Below, piece after piece: positions 41,783-45,981 of a stretch of 45,981 nucleotides of DNA. Each line of letters starts with the position of its first letter. Within the stretch, counting starts at the first letter, position 1. This DNA comes from an uncultured Candidatus Peribacteria bacterium (GTDB taxonomy: Bacteria; Patescibacteriota; Gracilibacteria; Peribacterales; Peribacteraceae). The stretch is taken from contig CAZEVM010000005.1 of assembly GCA_964515645.1 (NCBI GenBank), positions 1 to 45,981 of the forward strand, in the 5' to 3' direction. The position numbers and the translations under genes are program-made. Below the pieces are notes generated by a model that saw only the letters and a list, made by a program, of their open reading frames with translations, ran no database searches and was not told the DNA's origin.

Positions 41783-43024
41783 GGCACCGCCACTACCAGC
41801 GGGTATGAGTTCGGCCGCATCGACTCCCACCTGGGTGTAGTTGGGGCGTGCTTCATAATTGGAGAACACCGACTCGACCACCGGCTCTTGCCCCGGCTTC
41901 TGGAGTAGGCGGAACCACATCGCTTTCACTCCCGGTACGGCCTTGCCAACCTTGCGCGTCTCGCCCGGCGGAAGATCCGCGGTCTTCTCGACGCGGTCGG
42001 GCGGCGGATTGGTGCGGCCCCACGTAAAGGGCCCGATGACCTCAGAACGGCGATCATCCTTGGTGCCGTAAAACAAGAAGTATGCCAATTCATTCTCCTG
42101 ATACGTCTGAATCAGCAGATCGCCAGGACTGTCATTCTTAAACTTCATGTCCACGTTCGGCGGATAAATCGTGGCATCGGTTCCCTGTGGGAAGTAGTGG
42201 CTCACCGAGTAGCTGTGATTCTTGCGCTGTACGATCGGGAAGCCGTACTCCCACACGCCGCGATAGGCCGTGGAGCTAATCTGGCAGAGACCGCCGCCGT
42301 AGTCGGGAATGGTCTTATCGCCCTTAATCACGAGCTCTTCGCGGTAGCCGGTGGACGCATCAACCGGACCGAGCGTGCCCACGAACGAAAAAACGGAATC
42401 CTTGGGAATGATATGGCCGTTAAATTTCCGCAATCCCACGCCGATGTTGTGGACGCGATTCACGGGCGAATTGCTGAAATCGGATTCACCAATGGTCACA
42501 AGCTCCTGAATACCCTGAGCGCGCAGTCCTGGATCGGTCACAGTGACAGAGGGTGGCGTGTGGATGAGCGGCAACGTCACGCGGTTCACACCAGCCTCGA
42601 GAGCGGCGATGGTCAGGTCGACAGCCGCGTCGATATCAACCTTCTGACCAGGCATGCCCACGCCCTCGAAAAGAATGACACCCGAGCCGTTCTTGGAAAT
42701 GGTCACTGAGCCCGGCTCACGGTCGTGAACAGCGGCGATGTTGTCCCGAATGGAAAACGCAATCGCCTCCCGATCCCAGTTGCCCGTTGTGACGCGTTGA
42801 ATGCCTGGCGGCAAGGTGCCAGTACCTGACAGGACTCCAACCGGCAGTTCAATAGGAAAACCCTCGTATTCGTAGTGCGTTTCAGAACCCTGCCACGCCG
42901 TACTTGAGGTGAGCGTGTAGAGGAAATGACGGTCGTGGTACGTCAGCGTGGCTGCTTCGGCCGAGTGGGCGCGAGCGAGGAGGAGAAAAAAAGCCCCGAT
43001 GAGGATGACAGCCGATCGGTTCAC
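41744..43024 (-). CDS. VanW family protein
   Basis: An N-terminal signal/TM segment plus the GGGLCQISSTAYRGVWEYGFPIVQRKNHSY core motif. The GTG start lies 6 nt after TGgCACAAT. Confidence 0.85.
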   Translation of the reverse strand: MNRSAVILIGAFFLLLARAHSAEAATLTYHDRHFLYTLTSSTAWQGSETHYEYEGFPIELPVGVLSGTGTLPPGIQRVTTGNWDREAIAFSIRDNIAAVHDREPGSVTISKNGSGVILFEGVGMPGQKVDIDAAVDLTIAALEAGVNRVTLPLIHTPPSVTVTDPGLRAQGIQELVTIGESDFSNSPVNRVHNIGVGLRKFNGHIIPKDSVFSFVGTLGPVDASTGYREELVIKGDKTIPDYGGGLCQISSTAYRGVWEYGFPIVQRKNHSYSVSHYFPQGTDATIYPPNVDMKFKNDSPGDLLIQTYQENELAYFLFYGTKDDRRSEVIGPFTWGRTNPPPDRVEKTADLPPGETRKVGKAVPGVKAMWFRLLQKPGQEPVVESVFSNYEARPNYTQVGVDAAELIPAGSGGALDVEVPTWFGGD

Positions 43025-43049
43025 CTGCGCATTGTGCCAGCGATCCGCC

Positions 43050-43670
43050 TCAACGGAAGAGGGAAGGCCGGGAAACTGGACGGGCGGGCGATGCCGTCAG
43101 CTTCGCTTCATCCAAAGCGCGATTCACCAGGGCATCAGCACGGTGGTTATCCTCGCGCGGGATGTGGACGAAGACGATGTCGGAGAAGCGCAGGGCCAGC
43201 TGCTTAATCTCATCCACGAAGGCCTTCAGGCTCTGCACCTTCACTTGGTATTGGCCGTTCAATTGGCGCACCACAAGCTCGGAATCGAGGTGGCAGATGA
43301 GACGATTAGGGTGGAACTGCTCGGCCAGCTTGAGCCCCTCGATGAGGGCGCGGTACTCGGCCACGTTGTTCGTCTCGATGCCGATGCGGGCGGCATACTC
43401 CTTCAGAACCGTACCGCGCAGGGGGTCCTCCAGCACGCACGCGATGGCCGACTGACCGGGATTGCCGCGGCTGCCGCCATCGGTAAAGAGATGCAGCGTG
43501 CCGCCGATGGACGGGGGTGCTTCTTGGCTAGGGGCAGCGGCGGAAATACTCGTCGGCTGTAGATCTTCCACCGCGCGCTCGACGGCTTCCGCGATGAAAC
43601 GGTCCCGGTCGGCAGGGGCCGGAAAGAGGAGCGCGAGGCGCCGCTCGAGGGAGGGAGGGAGGCGGACCAC
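43050..43670 (-). CDS. rnhA: RNase H (type 1) with an N-terminal ribbon-helix-helix-like extension
   Basis: DGGSRGNPG, NNVAEYRALIEGL and REDNHRADALVN catalytic-region motifs. The N-terminus is VVRLPPSLERRLALL...RDRFIAEAVERAV. The start was set to GTG 43670, 6 nt after TGcTATACT (the track gives TTG 43700). Confidence 0.85.
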   Translation of the reverse strand: MVRLPPSLERRLALLFPAPADRDRFIAEAVERAVEDLQPTSISAAAPSQEAPPSIGGTLHLFTDGGSRGNPGQSAIACVLEDPLRGTVLKEYAARIGIETNNVAEYRALIEGLKLAEQFHPNRLICHLDSELVVRQLNGQYQVKVQSLKAFVDEIKQLALRFSDIVFVHIPREDNHRADALVNRALDEAKLTASPARPVSRPSLFR

Positions 43671-43700
43671 GACGGGAGTATAGCAAAAGCCAATGAGCAA

Positions 43701-44957
43701 TCACTGAGTTAGCTCATCGTCTCGCTCCAGAGGCGGAGCCTTGGAACCGAAGAGGGCGTAGGCCGCCTCAAGCTGGGGATCGCGCTCAGCCAGAAAATCC
43801 TCGGTCGTGCGATCGACGACGATGTCGGGCGCAATCTTCTCAGTACCGATGTCACGACCGCTCGGTGTCACCCAGCGGGCTGTCGTCACCTTGATACTAC
43901 TGCCGCCGGGCAGGTCGATCACATCCTGGACAGTCCCCTTGCCGAAGGTCAGGGTGCCAACGATCGTCGCGCGGTGATGATCTTGAAGCGCGCCGGCCAG
44001 GATCTCAGCGGCACTGGCCGTGCCCTGGTTCACCAGCACGACAACTGGGAGTTTGGGCACCAGCGGAGCGCTGGCCGTGCGATGCTCTTCACTGTCGCCA
44101 GTGCGGCGCTGTACCGACACCACGAGCGTGTTCTTCGGCACGAAGAACTGGGCAATGTCCGTGGCCCCCTCCAGGTATCCGCCACCGTTACCGCGCAAGT
44201 CAATGACGAGGCCAATGGGCTTTTGCGGAAGGAGAGCACCCAACGCATCGGCAAATTCGGCCGTCGTACTGTCGCCGAATTGATTGAGGGTAATGAGGCC
44301 AACCGAGCCATGCGCCGTCTGCTCGAGCGATGCCTCCACACTCGGGATCTTGATATCATCTCGCACGATCGGGAGAACCTGCTCTGTACGTTCCTCGCCG
44401 CGTACGATGGTGAGCGCTACGGTTGTGCCCTTCGGACCGCGAATGGAATGCACAACCTCGTTCAGAGTCTTGCCGTCGACTGAGTTGCCATCCACGGCTG
44501 TGATGTTGTCACCGGGCAGTAGGCCAGCTTTCTCGGCTGGTGAACCGCGCAGCGGAGAAATCACGAGAATAAGACCATTCTCGAGATCAAGCTCGGCGCC
44601 AATACCTTGCAGCTGACCAAAGAGCGCACTGCGGAAATCAGCATTTTCCTGCGGGGGCATGAAGACCGTGTACGGATCGTCCACACTCTCGACGAGGCCG
44701 CTGATGGCGCCATAGAGGAGCTTCTCGTCGTCGAGCTTTTCCGGATGGATGTAACTCTCGCCCAAAGCCTGTCGGGCCAGCCAGAAGAGCGACATGTCGG
44801 TGTCGCGCTCCAGAGCGGCTGCGCCGGACATGGCGCCACCCTCCATCCACTGCCCGCCCGTCGTTGGAGGCGCTGAATCGCGTCCCAGCTGCCAACCGAG
44901 CAGCAGCGTGAGGACAATAACGCCGAGAAAGACGAGAGGGTGTTTGACGAACGACAT
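43701..44957 (-). CDS. ctpA: S41 carboxy-terminal processing protease (PDZ-containing)
   Basis: An N-terminal TM helix, a PDZ domain (SPLRGSPAEKAGLLPGDNITAVDG), LVIDLRGNGGGYL and VLVNQGTASAAEI motifs. The start was set to ATG 44957. Confidence 0.88.
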   Translation of the reverse strand: MSFVKHPLVFLGVIVLTLLLGWQLGRDSAPPTTGGQWMEGGAMSGAAALERDTDMSLFWLARQALGESYIHPEKLDDEKLLYGAISGLVESVDDPYTVFMPPQENADFRSALFGQLQGIGAELDLENGLILVISPLRGSPAEKAGLLPGDNITAVDGNSVDGKTLNEVVHSIRGPKGTTVALTIVRGEERTEQVLPIVRDDIKIPSVEASLEQTAHGSVGLITLNQFGDSTTAEFADALGALLPQKPIGLVIDLRGNGGGYLEGATDIAQFFVPKNTLVVSVQRRTGDSEEHRTASAPLVPKLPVVVLVNQGTASAAEILAGALQDHHRATIVGTLTFGKGTVQDVIDLPGGSSIKVTTARWVTPSGRDIGTEKIAPDIVVDRTTEDFLAERDPQLEAAYALFGSKAPPLERDDELTQ

Positions 44958-44966
44958 AGGCCAAAC

Positions 44967-44975
44967 TGGTAGAAT
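44967..44975 (+). promoter_or_regulatory. extended -10 (TGgTAGAAT) 6 nt before ATG 44982 (leaderless arrangement)
   Basis: TG-G-TAGAAT-gagaat-ATG read directly. Only 24 nt separate the two divergent start codons. Confidence 0.55.
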
Positions 44976-44981
44976 GAGAAT

Positions 44982-45578
44982 ATGCCTGCCGCGAAGAAAC
45001 AGCCAGCGAAGCACTCACACAATACCGCGCCTATCAGCGCCGGAATGCTGGTATCGCAGATTATCGGATTGCTACCAGAAGCGGGGCCACTCCTAGGCGA
45101 ATATGGCCTGCACTGCTTCAGCTGTGACCATAACGACAGGGAGACGCTGCGCGACGGTTGCGCCAGCCACGGTTTCGGCGATGATGAGATTGATGAATTA
45201 GTGGTCGAACTGAACCGCCTGTACGTCGAGCGACCGCCGCGCCCGCAGACACTCACCGTCACGCGCGAAGCAGCGCTGGGGCTGCGCGAAGTACTGGAAG
45301 GAGAGGGAAAACTCGGCCACATCCTCGTGGTTGGCCTCGATGAGGGTGGTACTTTTTGCCTAGAATTCGCTGAAAAGACACCCGCCGGTGCCAAAGTCTT
45401 CACGCAGCGCGAGGTGCCGGACGTCATCGTGGCTGCACTCGAAGAGACGCTTGCCAAGATCGGCGGCGCCACCATCGACAAGCGCGAGGGTCGCTTCAAG
45501 CTAGACCTGCCGGAAGCCGCCGCCCGTCCTGCCTGTGGATGCGGTGGAGGGCGGTGCAGCTGCGCCGACCGCGTTTAA
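44982..45578 (+). CDS. fusion of a DUF1858-like (hybrid-cluster-associated redox disulfide) domain and a HesB/IscA-like Fe-S carrier domain
   Basis: The N-part is MLVSQIIGLLPEAGPLLGEYGLHCFSCDHNDRETLRDGCASHGF. The C-part is LTVTREAALGLREVL...GGTFCLEF...IDKREGRFKL with a terminal Cys cluster (CGCGGGRCSC). Confidence 0.6.
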   Translation: MPAAKKQPAKHSHNTAPISAGMLVSQIIGLLPEAGPLLGEYGLHCFSCDHNDRETLRDGCASHGFGDDEIDELVVELNRLYVERPPRPQTLTVTREAALGLREVLEGEGKLGHILVVGLDEGGTFCLEFAEKTPAGAKVFTQREVPDVIVAALEETLAKIGGATIDKREGRFKLDLPEAAARPACGCGGGRCSCADRV

Positions 45579-45981
45579 GCCGTCCGTCCGAAGTCGTCCT
45601 GCAGCCGCACGATGTCTTGTTCGTCGCTCGGAGCGTCGGGATCAGTGTGCTGCCAGATCTCCGCGACGGCGCCCCAGCCCTGGCCGCCGATGAGGCGATG
45701 GCGTTCGCCCTGCGCCAGGCACACGACACCCTCAGGCAACGGATGCGCTTCTGGCAGGTCATCCGTGGGACCGGAAGCAAGGGCCGGATCACCCGCCAGC
45801 GCACGCCAGAGTTCGGCGCGGCGATGATGGTACTGCCAGGAGAGACGCTTGCCGGGAGCAACGACGAGGAACTTGGGGCTGAGCTTCCCCTGTCCGACTA
45901 CCTCACCCGGGAAGTACCGCTCGGCAAAGGCTGGTGCTTGCGTTTCGTCGATGACGAAGAACCCGCCCCAAGGGCGGGTCC
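45575..45981 (-). CDS. type II phosphomannose-isomerase-like cupin domain protein (5' end outside the window)
   Basis: This is an open frame to the window edge and is not in the ORF track because no start is visible. It reads RPWGGFFVIDE...KFLVVAPGKRLSWQYHHRRAELW...GVVCLAQGERHRLIG...EQDIVRLQDDFGRTA, the classical PMI/ManC C-terminal cupin pattern. Its stop overlaps the convergent gene's stop (TTAA). Confidence 0.75.
   Translation of the reverse strand, partial: TRPWGGFFVIDETQAPAFAERYFPGEVVGQGKLSPKFLVVAPGKRLSWQYHHRRAELWRALAGDPALASGPTDDLPEAHPLPEGVVCLAQGERHRLIGGQGWGAVAEIWQHTDPDAPSDEQDIVRLQDDFGRTA

Noticed and set aside
45496-45861. 121-aa minus-strand ORF from the track at the right edge.
   Set aside because: A different minus frame, open to the window end, encodes a textbook PMI-type cupin C-terminus (..EQDIVRLQDDFGRTA). 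The track ORF is an Arg/Ser/Cys-rich off-frame product.
1-45981. Search by eye for CRISPR arrays, IS elements, integrases, reverse transcriptases, toxin-antitoxin pairs or known defence genes.
   Set aside because: None was found. The only direct repeat pair is the 40-bp PBP-end duplication, and no transposase- or recombinase-like ORF is present on either strand.

Overview
This is a visibly GC-rich bacterial chromosomal window, densely coded on both strands, with about 45 protein genes and one tRNA. I saw no rRNA, CRISPR array, transposase or integrase. Most genes are housekeeping: prfB (with its programmed +1 frameshift), ugd plus a UDP-glucuronate-epimerase-like gene, archaeal-type proS, hpf, trmD, a WecG/TagA transferase, gpmI, uppS, an O-antigen-ligase-like protein, an ECF sigma factor with a FecR/DUF5667-like membrane partner, efp, gatB, def, a DnaQ-like exonuclease, a long ThyX-like protein, yebC, a class A PBP, ftsX, recO, VanW, RNase H, an S41 protease and a partial PMI-type cupin. 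The gene content (orphan giant membrane protein, VirB2-like mini-pilin, DUF5667-like protein, small divergent enzymes) suggests a small-genome CPR/Patescibacteria-like organism, but this is inference only. UGA is used as a stop codon and RF2 is present, so the code is standard. Items worth a second look: (1) a tandem histone-fold (DUF1931-like) doublet protein at 7647-8006. (2) Two orphan envelope-type operons, 1301-7368 (including a 1,649-aa membrane giant) and 15070-18214 (three paralog-like proteins), which share a CCACACAAA leader motif. (3) A low-GC islet at 34.7-36.0 kb. One of its cassettes is bracketed by a 40-bp direct repeat that duplicates the last 12 codons of the PBP gene. (4) A duplicated yebC start (MSGHSKWH) forming a leaderless uORF. 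(5) Pervasive leaderless promoters (TGnTAnnnT-N6-8-start), contrasted with a minority of leaders carrying a C-run where a Shine-Dalgarno would sit. (6) A 125-nt leader with mutually exclusive hairpins. All family calls come from motif recognition by eye, and no searches were run. Small-motif coordinates may be off by 1-2 nt.
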